Source: Camelus dromedarius
Lineage: Eukaryota
Assembly: GCF_036321535.1 (NCBI RefSeq)
Contig: NC_087437.1
Span: 8,184,001 to 8,248,000 of the forward strand
Reading direction: 5' to 3'
DNA: 64,000 nucleotides
Made by a program: the position numbers and the translations under genes. The notes beneath the pieces were generated by a model. It saw only the letters and a program-made list of their open reading frames with translations, was not told the DNA's origin and searched no databases. Positions within the stretch are counted from its first letter, which is position 1; each line of letters begins with the position of its first letter. Below, one piece after another: positions 1 through 11,490 of the stretch.

Positions 1-2809
1 TGGTTGATTTTATTATTGTGGACATCCCTTGTGATCAGCACAATAAAATTTTCTAGAAAATGGGGACCTTAAGTAATGGCTGCAGTTTTTGCTCTACCAT
101 TGACTTGCTGTGCCTGACTTACTAAGTGAGTTATTTAATTTCTTTGACAGTTTATTCATCCTGATAAATTGTGCCTTCCAGATAGCTCACATCTTTACCT
201 GTGTGAATTTGCATGAAGGAAAGAGGAAATGACAGAGAGGTGCCCGGTGTTTCTCAGCTCTTCATGCATAGCCCAGGACATAAGAGGATAAGTAAGATTA
301 TTTTGGAAGAGTATTCATGGAATAGACTTGAGGAAACAGTGAATGTGCAGTTAATAGTTTTATTTCCTGACCCTCAGGTTGCATATGCTGTCAGCTGCAA
401 ATGGGGCTGTTGAAAGCAGGTGAAAGCTGAAAGCGAGAATAGATGAAGATTTAAAAATAACACTATATGTCCATGTGTCACTGAAGGAAGAGAGAGGCTA
501 GATTTGCTCTAAAGAAGGGTTCGTGTAACATCTGTTTGAAGGAAATGAGACTAAGCAGTGAACCGTGATGAAGACCCTTAGGCAAAAATTTTAATAAATC
601 TGAGCATAAATGAGAATTCAAATTCCTGACATAAAGTTACCATCTTTTAATAGTTGGAGAGATCGTGCCCTTCAGAAACTTATCAGAACCAAGGTGGAAC
701 AGGGTTACTAGAGAGACAGCATGTTTGGGGACATTAATCAAATGGGAATTTAAAAAGAGCTGCTGTGAGGTGATATTTAGGCCTTTCTTAAGAGGGCATA
801 TCCGTATAGTCAGGCGAAGTGTTCCTTACGCAGGAGGCAATGGTGTAACTGCCTCCTGCGGTTACTGGGTTGTCCCTAGTTTTATGAAAAGGAAGGGTGT
901 TCCTCTGCACCTCAGAGGGACCTCTAGATCTGAGTGGGCAAGATCAATACTTTTTTCCAGATAAGGCCATCAAGGTCCTTTACTGTTGAAAATAACAGGA
1001 AAGCTTTAAGAAAGTACTGGAGGAAAAGAGGACGAAAAATTTTATGCGGTGGTAAAAAAAAGGAAGCATCACTTGGATACATGAGTGTCCAGGGGTGAAA
1101 AAAAGGTGGCTTGGTGTGGATGCAGCAGCCTGGGGAAGAGGAAAACCTGGGGGCCTGATACAGTTGGCCTCTAAACCCCAATTTTGTCTGTGTGACCTTC
1201 ATTAAGTCACTCTATTTCCCTGAGTAGCAGTTTCCCGCCTGCAATGTTATTTTTTGTCAAGGTTATTGTGAGGATTTAAGAAGAATTTAGTAAGTAGGTA
1301 GCTGGTAAAGTTTCTTTTGCTTTGTGTTCCAGTGAAGGGGGAAAGCAGCGGAAGAGGGGCTGTCCGAAAGAGATGGAGGGGAAGCTTGAAGTGTTTCATT
1401 TCAGACCCATTTAAAAAACTTGTAAGGAAAGCCTTACTAAGAATTACAGGCTTAAGGGAGTAGGGAGCAGGAACTTAGGAAATGAGGAGATAGTTACTGG
1501 AGGAAGAAAAAGGAGCATAAACTAAGGAAACGTAAACCCTAGTGAGGTGTACCTAAGAGGGAGGCATGGTTGGAGTGCATGTAAATGAGATCAGGAAAAC
1601 AGCCTACATCCAGTTTTTCTTCAGGACTCTAATTTTGGCAGAAGAAGCTGAAATTGTGTGCATAGGCATCAGGTTTATGACTCTTCCTACTGCTGATTAG
1701 CATGAGCGCCTTTTTGATATGGAGCTGGTTTTCACTGTATGTTCAAAAGATCCCTTTGTTTTGTAAGATGGGTGAGCATGGAACTCATATTCACTGTTTT
1801 CCATCTGGAGCCTAACAGTCCTGTCTATCAAATATGTGTTGATTGTGTTCTCAGAATCAGATTTGTATATATGTGAATCCACCATCAGTATATCGCAAAA
1901 AAAAGGAAGATGGGGAAGGTTAAGTCTATAAAAGGTAAGTGTGTGTATATATATATTTTTTTTTTTTTCCCTACGTAAGATAAGGTGATTCTAGAGCTGA
2001 ATTAGGTTTTGGAGAAAAAGGATAGGGCTGGAAATAATTTTAAAAGCAACTTATTAAACCACTATGAGTGAGCAGAAATATTCACATCTTTCAGAACAAT
2101 CACAAATCTAGATAGGAAAATTTAAAAAAATTCTAAAATCTGCAAATACAGCACCAGTTGTGAGTGAGGAAGATGAAGACCACCTAAGAATGAAGGGACA
2201 CCTTAAAAACAGGAAGCTGCTGGTGTTCACTTGAATAATGAGACTGAGTCCTGGCTCACTCGCTAACAGTGTAACCTCATATAAGGCTTTGGTGAGGCTC
2301 AGTCCTCGTGTATTAAAATGTGACTTCTTACCCTCAGAGGTTGTGAGGATTCGTTAAAGTAGTCACTTGGTAACCTTGAGAAGAAGAGAAGGAAGGGGGC
2401 TTGAGGAACAACTAAGGAATTGTGAGGAAGAGAGAAGTCTTGGCTAAGCCATGCTTGCTTGGCCTCTGGCTCTAGAGTGAGCCCATGGGACAGAACGCTA
2501 GGACGCTAGGGAAAGTAGTTTACAGGGCCTCATTAAAAGGAATTGTTAACAAATATGTATAATCTAGACATAAAGACACTGGAATAGCAGATACACTAAA
2601 TACTCAACTATTAGGAAGGAACAGTAATGCACCAGTATGGGTCTTAGACTGACCCTTCCACTGAGGATAAGAAAATGTCCCAGATAACACATACACTTTT
2701 AAGTCATATAATTTGATGAGCTGGTAAGAAAGTAAGGAATTCTCAGGTCAAAAGAGTAATGGCTGAATCCTAGAGTGTGCCAAGAGCAAAAGCTAGCTTT
2801 TAACTTAAA

Positions 2810-4265
2810 ATTCATATGGAAAAGCAGGAGACCCAAAATAGGCAAAAATACCTGGAAAAATAAAACAGAGCTGGAGACTCACACTTAACAAGTTTCAAAA
2901 CCTACTACAAAGCTCCAGCTTTCAAGACAGTATGGTACTGGCCTAGGGACAGATAGAATAGAATTAAGACTTCAGCTCGAAACCTTTACACTGGCCAGTT
3001 GATTTTCAAGAAGATTGACAAGACAATTCAACGGGGAAAAATAATCTTTTTAGCAGTTGGTGCTAAGACAACAGTATATTAACATACAAGAGAGTAAAGT
3101 TGGACTCCTACCCCGTCACACGTACAAAAGTAACTCAAAATGTGTCCTACAGCTGAGTATAAAAGATAAAACTGTACATCTAGAAGAAAACACTGCTGTA
3201 AATTTTTGTGACCCTGGATTAAGCAGTGGTCTCTTACGTTTGACACCAAAACTAAAAGCAACAACAGCATAGTTGAGAAATTGTATTTTGTCAAAATTAA
3301 AATTTTCTTACTTCAAAGGACATCAAGAAAGAGAAAAACAAGACATAGAATTAAAGGAAATGTAATATTTTGTAATTTTATATCTGATAAGGGACTTGTA
3401 TCCAGAATATAAAAAGAAACTTTCCAACTCAACAGTAGACAAATAACCCAATTAAAAACGGACAAGAGATTCGAATAGAGATTTCTCAAGGGGAGATATT
3501 CAAATGACTGATAAGCATATCAAGAAGTATTTGTCATCATTAGTCATCAGAAAGTGCAAGTGAAAATCACAGCAAGATACCACTTTATACCTGAGAAAGG
3601 CAGAATCAGAGACAGTGTTAGGAGAATGTAAAAATTAAAACACTCATACATCACTGGCAGGATAGTGAAGTTGTGCAGCCACTTTGGAAAATAGTTTGGC
3701 AATTCCTCACATGGTTAAATGCAGAGTTACCTAATAACCCAGCAATTTAACTCCTGGGTATATACCCCAAAGAAGTGCAAGCATGTCCACACAAAAACTT
3801 GTACACACAGTGTGCACGCCCACATTATTCATAATAGGCAAAAAGTGGAAACAACTCCCATGGCTATCCGCTGATAAGGGGATAAGCAAAATGTGGTCTA
3901 TCTATGCTGTGGAATATTGTTTAGCAATAAGAAGGGAAGCGTACTAACATGTTACAACGTGGCAGAACCTCCAAAACGTGCTAAGTGAAAGAAGCCAGTC
4001 AGAAGAGAACACACACTGTGTGATTCCACTGCTACAGGACGTCCGGAATGGGAAAACACGTAGAGACCCACTGGAGGTTAGACCTAGAGAAACAGGAGGA
4101 GGGGCTGGTTACTAAAGGTGCTGGGTTTCTTTCTGAGGTGACAAAAACTGTGGTGAAGGGTGCACGTGTCAGTGAGTGCACTAAAACCCACCGAACGGTG
4201 TGCACGCTTGACCGGGTGACGTGTGCTTTTGAATGCTATCTCAAGAAAGCTAATGAAAATAAAAG
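2810..4265 (+). mobile_element. Old L1 (L1M-type) ORF2 3' part and 3' UTR
   Basis: Decayed ORF2 text (ctactacaaagctccagc..aagacagtatggtactggc; acccagcaatttaactcctgggtatatacccc; ctaagtgaaagaagccagtc), ending in an A-rich tail. Confidence 0.85.
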
Positions 4266-6591
4266 CACTGGGGAAAGGACATAAGGGTTCGAGTAAGAAC
4301 CCCTTCTGTTTATAAGGAACTAGTGTGGTTAATTAGAAACGGAAAATTTGTTATTTGATGTTAGGAAAAAAGTAATTTATGTATTCTGTATTAATACATT
4401 AGTGTTTTAATCCTAGTTAAAGTGAAATAAGACAGCTCCAAGAGGGGTGGTAACAAAAAAATTAAGAATGTCAGTTTGGACATTTTTCCACAAAGTACAA
4501 GTTCAACATTTATTCAGTGGCTTCATCCCTGCACTCATGTTTCATTATAAAGTGGGGGGGGGGTTTAATTCCAGAGTTGTGATGGCATAGGTATTTTACA
4601 AATTTCAAACAAGAAAAATGAATTCCCTTGCTATCATTATAAGCCTTATTTTTATAAAATAACAAAGATATGCTCTTATAAACGTGTGAAAATGTATTTT
4701 TTGTAACCCATTGAAATTGATTGCTTTCTTGTAGAAGCACTTCTGTATCAGAAATCATGACCTGCCTTTCGCAAGTTGGGTATTTTTCCTACCATATTTG
4801 TTTCTCTGAAAATGAAGGGGGCCCAGATGAAAACATTTTAACACAGTTATGTCAGCCTGTTGACAACAAATGTCTGACCTGGAGATGAGAACCTGCTGGT
4901 GAGCTTGGAACTAGTGAATCACAGTAAACTGACCACTTGGTGACGGTGTGTACTTTTTGAATGTCTCATAGTTTTTCCTCTAATTTTACAAGAACCCTGA
5001 TATTGAATGATATTTTCTTTTTCTTTTTTAATGATATTGTCTAATAGAGGTCCCGAGTCCAAGAATATAGATCAGTTCCCAGATTGGTGTGAAATCTGAA
5101 AACTCTCCATCCATGAAGCAGGCCTGCCCTGAAGCCCTTTGGAACCTCAGCGGTAGAGCCTGAGCAACAGCAGAGCCTCCGGGAAGCCGGCACTGCACGG
5201 GGCTCCTTGGCAGTGCCTAATCTCGAGCTCTCCTTTTGGGCTCAGAACCAGAGCTGGCTCAGAAACTGGCTGGCTTCCAGGGCCCTTGACACTGTCGTGG
5301 TCTCTGTGATTCTCTCTAGCCCTGGTGTGGAGCTGTGTCTGCCTCCCGGTTCCTGAGGCCCAGACTCACTCCTCAGGCTCTGGAATCAGTCCCCTCCAGA
5401 GGCAACTCCAGTTCCTCTCACCTCTGACACCTTGAACAAGTTATTTCACCTCTCCAAGCTTCCATTTGCTCATCTGGAAAACTGGGTTAACAACACTTAG
5501 AAATACCAGGGGGTGGTGGGGGAGATAGAACAGATGTTTCAGGGTCCAGACTTGCAGCGAGGAGTCAGTCAGTCCTAGAGAGCTCATGCACAGAAGACGT
5601 AATTTTATCACCAAACTTGCTAAGAGTCTAGAACTTAATTTTTCCAACCACTAAAAAGGAGTGATAGTTATGTAACCTGGTAACAGTGCTTAATAGCGCC
5701 ATGATGGCAGTCATGTTCCAATATAAAAATGTATCAAATGAACAGGCTGCACACCTTAAACTTACACAGTGTTATACGCCAAACATTTTTTTTTCAAACA
5801 ATACTTAGGTATCTTTAAATATCAGGGTTCTCGTAAGACTACATGAGAAATTACTCTGTATTTGATATTCTATAAGTGGACACTGTCATTAATCTATCCA
5901 TGAAAGGGGAACCCTAGTTGAGCATCTCACGGAACTCAGCATGGAATTCAGGTTATCTTAAAGCTGTTTTACCTCTGGGCTTTTCATTTTGGCAGGCTCC
6001 TTAGCTACAACTTTAGCGCTGAAGGTCTAAAGAATTGCTTTGTGAAATAAAATTAGAATATAGCCAATTTTTTTTTTTTTTTGAGAAGAGAATACATGCC
6101 TATAAAACGAAAGCAGGAACGATTGTTTTCTCTAAGATGAAACTGATGTTACTTGACCAGTGAGCACGAGAGTGCAGATACGTTAGTGACCAGAATAACT
6201 GACCCATTTGAGCAACTGTACTAATGACTCTCAAAGAACTTTCCATTCCCCTGAAAAAGAGAAGTGTAGGAGATGTTTTTAGCTTCATTTAGATCTAAGC
6301 AAGTGTAATGTATATGCTTTGCCTTTATCAGCAGCTATATTGCTACCCCATTTGAAAACCTGATGCTTTGATCACCTTACTTTATATACGTGCCTCCTTG
6401 AAAAGTAGTTACAATTAACTTGGTGCCTGTAATCTGAATTTAAACCAGGGTTGTTGATTGTTTCTTAATTTAGTCAATGAAATATCTATCATCAGTCGCT
6501 CAATAATAGGTCACTAAATAATTCTGGAAGCAGGAGAGGTTTTGCTGCCAGGAATAAAACAAGGTTAAGGTGTAACCTGGCGCATACATAC

Positions 6592-7652
6592 CCGTGTTTG
6601 CAATGTGTAGTACTCCGGAAATGACTTGTGGCATCTCCTGGGAAGGGAACCTGTCTGCCAAACCATCATGGCCGCCCATCCTTCTCCAACTCCTCTCAGC
6701 ATAGGGATTTTTAACGTTGCCTTCCAACAGACAAGTCACCGCAGAACAGCCACTCCATCGAACCCTGGAGGCTTCTTTCCTCCCGAGACGTAAAAGCCTG
6801 TCCATCCTCCAAAACACTTTTGCAAAGGCTTTGTGTATCTTCTCATACTCCCCTTTCAACTCTCTTGTCTTTCTCTTTCTGGAGAAGAGGTCTTCTACAG
6901 CCGTGTAGTCTTCCCTGAACACTGTGTGAAAGGAATCGATTATGCTTTGCTCGTCAGAGGTCATTTGGTAGGAAGGATCAAGTGTGGAGAGCTGATGGAG
7001 AAGTAAAACTGGGAATTCCACGGATGTCAGGTCTGCTGCTGAGGCCCCGTGATGGCCATCAAACAAACCAAAAAAACACACGTTGGGCTTGTTGCCAAAA
7101 TTATTCACTATCGTGAATTTATCGTTCATGTCAACCCTCCACATAGAATTCCTGTCTTCACAGATGGCTACTCCTTTAATTAATAGGTGGCAGATTTTCT
7201 GAGAGTATGTGGAACTCTTGGGAATGTTGTCAATTATCTTATAGTATGATGGTATCTGCTTCTTCCGGAGTAGCTCGAAAGCACTATTAATGCTTTGTAA
7301 GGTCTTTTCAGTGAATGCAGAAGATGACAACAGCTTAGCGATGATGGACTGTCTCTGAGTGGCAATCACTGAGAGCCCCGGCTTCTTTCCGCCCATCCAC
7401 TGAAAGCCCAGCATGGCCAGGGCCACGTGCTGCTTTTTATGGAAGAAAATTCTAGGCAGGTCAATTTCATGGTTGCATATGGAACAGGGGAATGTGACTG
7501 TCTGCGTATTGTCCTGGTCCTTGTGGTTTTCAGAGTCTTTTGAGGGTCTCCTCTTCTTCCTAAAATACTTTCTCCTCCATGAAAGCGGGACTTCCTCATC
7601 TGAATCACTTGTCGGTTTTCTCATAGTCAGTTGCCTAGGTTTCCAAAACATT
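6592..7652 (-). CDS. PP2D1: Protein phosphatase 2C-like domain-containing protein 1, large internal coding exon (1061 nt); the next exon lies off-window to the left
   Basis: Core of the 404-aa ORF 6500-7714. It carries PP2C/PPM motifs WRVDMND, FFGLFDGHHG, SGCSAVT and LHIANTG. Acceptor ctcatttacag|A ATG TTT TGG at 7654/7653; donor ACG G|GTATGT at 6591. ORF residues outside these sites are intronic. Position next to KAT2B matches the known mammalian PP2D1-KAT2B synteny. Confidence 0.95.
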
Positions 7653-7719
7653 CTGTAAATGAGATGAAAGCTATTTACATGCCAGGAATGATGCAATGAA
7701 AACCTCTTCAACATCTGTC

Positions 7720-7810
7720 TTTATTTTTTAGTGGAGGTACTGGGACGTGAACCCAGGACCCTGTGCATGCTAAGCATGTGCTTGTTCTGCTGCTGAGCTA
7801 CACCCTCCCC
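7720..7810 (-). mobile_element. tRNA-Ala-derived SINE (camelid-type), short form
   Basis: Reverse complement GGGGAGGGTGTAGCTCAGC...GCTTAGCATGCACAGGGTCCTGGGTTCA..CCCAGTACCTCC plus A tail. Confidence 0.85.
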
Positions 7811-9360
7811 TCCACCCCAAACAGGCCCCTATCTTTACATTTTGCTTTGCTCCTTGAGATTTTATATCAGCCTAGAATTGAATGTTCTGATTCGTCTTTC
7901 TGTGATTCCCAAAAAAACACTTAGTAAGTACTCAGTGAATTGGTGATTGACCTGTGTATGCCTGAATGAAATTAGGCAAAATCTCCATAAAGACAGCTAG
8001 GCATCTAAGAACAAACACTCAGAGAAACTGGCACAGTATTTTATCTAGGCATGTGAACGTGTATGCCTGAGCTCTAGGAATCTGATTTCAAATATGAGCA
8101 TAATTATTGTTGTATTCTATTTTGTCTTGCTTAAAACACTTTTGCCCTAATAAAGAGTTCTCAAGAGAATGAACAGAGGATGTCAGAACCAAGCAGAATA
8201 ATGAAAAGAATTGATAGTAAGGACAGAATTTGTAGGATGACAATGGGAAAGAGGTATGGCCTAAGGAAAGGAAAGAAAAGATGTGGCGCTGGATGAGAAA
8301 TTTCCCAAAAGCAGAAACCCTTTCTTATGCTGCTTCCTCTCAGAAGCATCCACTCAGCACATGAGGCCACTTTTATCCATTTTATGGGAAATTCCTAGGG
8401 CAGGAGATCTTTGCAAGAGACGACGGAAATTAGAGACTGGAAAAAAAAATGCCTTCGTTATAAAATATTTTAAAACCTAAAAAAAAAAAAAAATCAAAGT
8501 TAGTAGCTTTAGCTGTTTATGCAAAGTGACATTTTAAAACTAGTTAATGTCAACACAACTCATACATAAATTGTACTTGATACGAGTACAGTGGGCTGCT
8601 CTTGCTTGGACTGAATTCCCCGACGTTCACAACTCTATTCTCATCCCGACAGTAAAATTTCTTTTAAAAATTTCCACTCCATAAATGCCTGTACAACTGT
8701 TAACCTGTTAGCAAGCCTTCCTGGCTTTGCCTCCCCAACACGTTTTTGTTTCTTTTTTTCAGTGGAAAATTTTTTAAAATCACACAAAAATGGAAGGCCA
8801 CCTTGAGCCCCCATCGCCCATTTCAACCAGGATCAACTTTTTCTTCACTCTTCTTTTATCCATATCCTCAGCCACTTTATTTCATTTCATTTCATTTCAT
8901 TCATCATTCATTACTGGAGTATTTGAAAGCAAATCCCAAAGTTACGTCATCTCACTCAGAGACTTCAGTAGTCAGTCAGCATCCATTTACTTCCTCAGTA
9001 CCCGCAACAGGCCAGCCACTGCATGCTGCAGCCTACGCATAAGGCTGGTGTCCTGCCCTGGAAGCCACGAGGGAAGGACCCTGTAGCACCATCCATGTGC
9101 TCAGAAGAAGAATCAGATGAGTCAGAGAGATCCAGGACCAAGCCCCACCACAGGGCCCCAACAGGGACCCAACCCTTCCTCTGGCTAGCAATAGTTTTCC
9201 TGGGGCTTGTTGAACCACTGGGACGCTGATACTGTGATGTGACCTAAAGTCATCAAATCACAACAAAGTTATATCAGAACTTTATTTTTCTGTAATTAGG
9301 GGATAGCCATGATACAACTCTCTCTCACGTGGAACCATTCTTGGAATGTAATGTGTCTTG

Positions 9361-9449
9361 GGGGGAGGGTAGAGCTCAGTGGTAGAACGCCTGCTTATCA
9401 TGCACGAGGTCCTGGGTTCAATCCCCAGTACCTCCATTTTTTAAAAAAA
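9361..9449 (+). mobile_element. tRNA-derived SINE, short form
   Basis: A box AGCTCAGTGG, B box GGTTCAATCC, A tail, imperfect TSD ATGTAATGTGT / ATGTAACGTGT. Confidence 0.9.
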
Positions 9450-9780
9450 GGATGTAACGTGTTTTCATATGTTCATTCATTCTTTCATTCATTCAACAAA
9501 CACTTGATGGAAACCCTTTTTGTATAAGGTAGTCAGAGGAATATGTCACTCCTCCATGTATGTAGTCCAACAGGAAGCCAAGGTGTCATTTTATTACTAA
9601 GAAAATGGAGGGACAAGAAAACCACACGTATAATTGTTCATTGAGTACATTTGTCATCGAATAAAAATGAAAAGCATTTACCTGAAAGCATTATTAATGT
9701 CCATATTCCTTTGGAATTGCTACCTTCCTTTGCTCTCTACCACCTCTCTCCAGTCTCTGTTCCTCCAACCTGGGCAGCAC

Positions 9781-9847
9781 TGGTAGTGGCAGCAGTGGAG
9801 GTGGTGGAGGTGGTGGTGCTGGTGGTGCTGGTGGTGCTGGTGGTGGT
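9781..9847 (+). repeat. Imperfect (GGT/GCT/GGA) trinucleotide repeat
   Basis: tggtagtggcagcagtggaggtggtggaggtggtggtgctggtggtgctggtggtgctggtggtggt. Confidence 0.85.
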
Positions 9848-10539
9848 ACGGCCCCACTGACTTGGCGGTAGACCCCTCTGTGTGGAATGTTTACTACCTC
9901 ACCTGGAACCTCAGCCAGAACTCACTATGATTCTGAAAGACTGTGAGGCAATAAGGTCACAAATTGTACAAAGTAACAAACTTGACTTTGAAAGTTCTGA
10001 AAGAAGGATCATTTATTAAATATACTGTATTATTCCTGCATAATGGGATTTTTAAAATGAGAGGAGTGACTATCAATTAACATACAGTTACCTTCCCACT
10101 GGGGGGGTAAGGTATCTCAGTCACATCTCCCGACACCCCCTCCATCCTGCTCCCCAAGTCACCGCTTGGAGGTTATCAGCCTTCCCGAGACTTTCTTTTT
10201 GTTTCTTGAAGCTGCCTTCACTCCTGGCTGGTGTCTTTAGTTCCCAGGTTCTGAATTCACAGCCGCAGTTACTTTCTCACCCCAGGCTGGGTTAGAACCA
10301 GAGTCCTAGAGCAGCTTGTTTGCATATTGCAGAAGACTGGATAAACCCCACTTCCTAGACATCTCCATGGGCATGTATCCCGGTCAGTCTAAAGTTAACA
10401 TATCCAGAATAGAACTCACCGTCTTTCCTCCAGTCACCTTCCGACATTGGCTTAGTTAGGCTGGAAACTGTTTTCCAGAATCCCTTTCCCTGTGCGCTTC
10501 CAGGTTAGACTTGGCCAAGAAAGGAATTTGGGGGCACCA

Positions 10540-11490
10540 CATCTGAACGCCGTCGCGACCCCAGGTGCAGAGGGGCCTGGAGGTTCCGGCTTGCCCTCGC
10601 GCCCCCTGCGTTGCCTGCCGTCGGACCTGCGACGCTTCCGCTTCGCCGGGCTGTCCGCCAGCGTCCCCTCTGCGGTCCTGCTGTAGCGGCTGCACGTCCT
10701 CGGCTTCTCGGACTGCCTGGGGACCCCTTAGCCCTCCCCCTCCCCCTCCCCCTCCCCGATGTTCAGCGGCCCGGCTCCTTCCACGAAGTGTGCGAGGTCA
10801 GATTTCAACGAGGAATTCTTTGCCCCGTAACCCCTGGGGTTCAGCTTTCCTGACTGAACGGGCGTTGAGCTGGGCACCACCACCGCGCCCCCAGCCTCCC
10901 TTTCAGGACACGCAGGCAGTCCCCGAGGACTGTCCGGTCTCGCCTCAGCATCCCTCTTCTCACCCTCGTCTCCTCTCCGCTGCTGTCACTTCGCTCCTGG
11001 GCACCAAAACGTTTGACTGCGCTTGGCTCCCAGCTGCGCTGCCTGCTCGGGGCTGGTTGCCTGTCGGGGCAGCAGCCGGAGGTGGGCCCGCCGCCTGCGG
11101 CGTGTGACCGGCCTGCTCTCTGCTCTTGTTCTTGGGGTAAACGCCCTCAAGCCCGGCCTCTCCGACTCCTGCTAACCTGTCTAGCTTCACCTCCCATCCC
11201 TGCCCCTCCACCCCGGGCCATTAAAGCAAACCTTTGCCACTTTGGGAAGAAACGGAATTTGATTGTTATCATCTGAATTGCTTACTACTCAGTGGCTTTT
11301 CAACCCACACCACTTCCGCCGGCGCTGCCCGGTCGCTCCCCGCAGCTGCATCCCCCCGCGTCACGTCGGCGTGGGAGGTGAGCGGACGGCTCCTCCCTGA
11401 GCCAGTCCGGGGGCTCCCGCCGGCTCCCGCCCCCGCCCCCCGGGGCGGGCGCAGTCCCGTCTCCTCCCGCAGCCCTCAAGCCCGCTGGTG
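10540..11490. promoter_or_regulatory. Second, orphan CpG-rich island with promoter-like motifs
   Basis: CpG-rich blocks at 10545-10720 and 11315-11490, ETS-like CACTTCCG at 11311, CGTCACGT at about 11358, tandem GC boxes at 11426-11450. No coding exon recognised. Confidence 0.65.

Noticed and set aside
6500..7714. Single-exon 404-aa gene as given in the ORF track
   Set aside because: It starts at TTG, and both ends run past clear splice sites; the PP2C fold is incomplete, so it is one exon of PP2D1.
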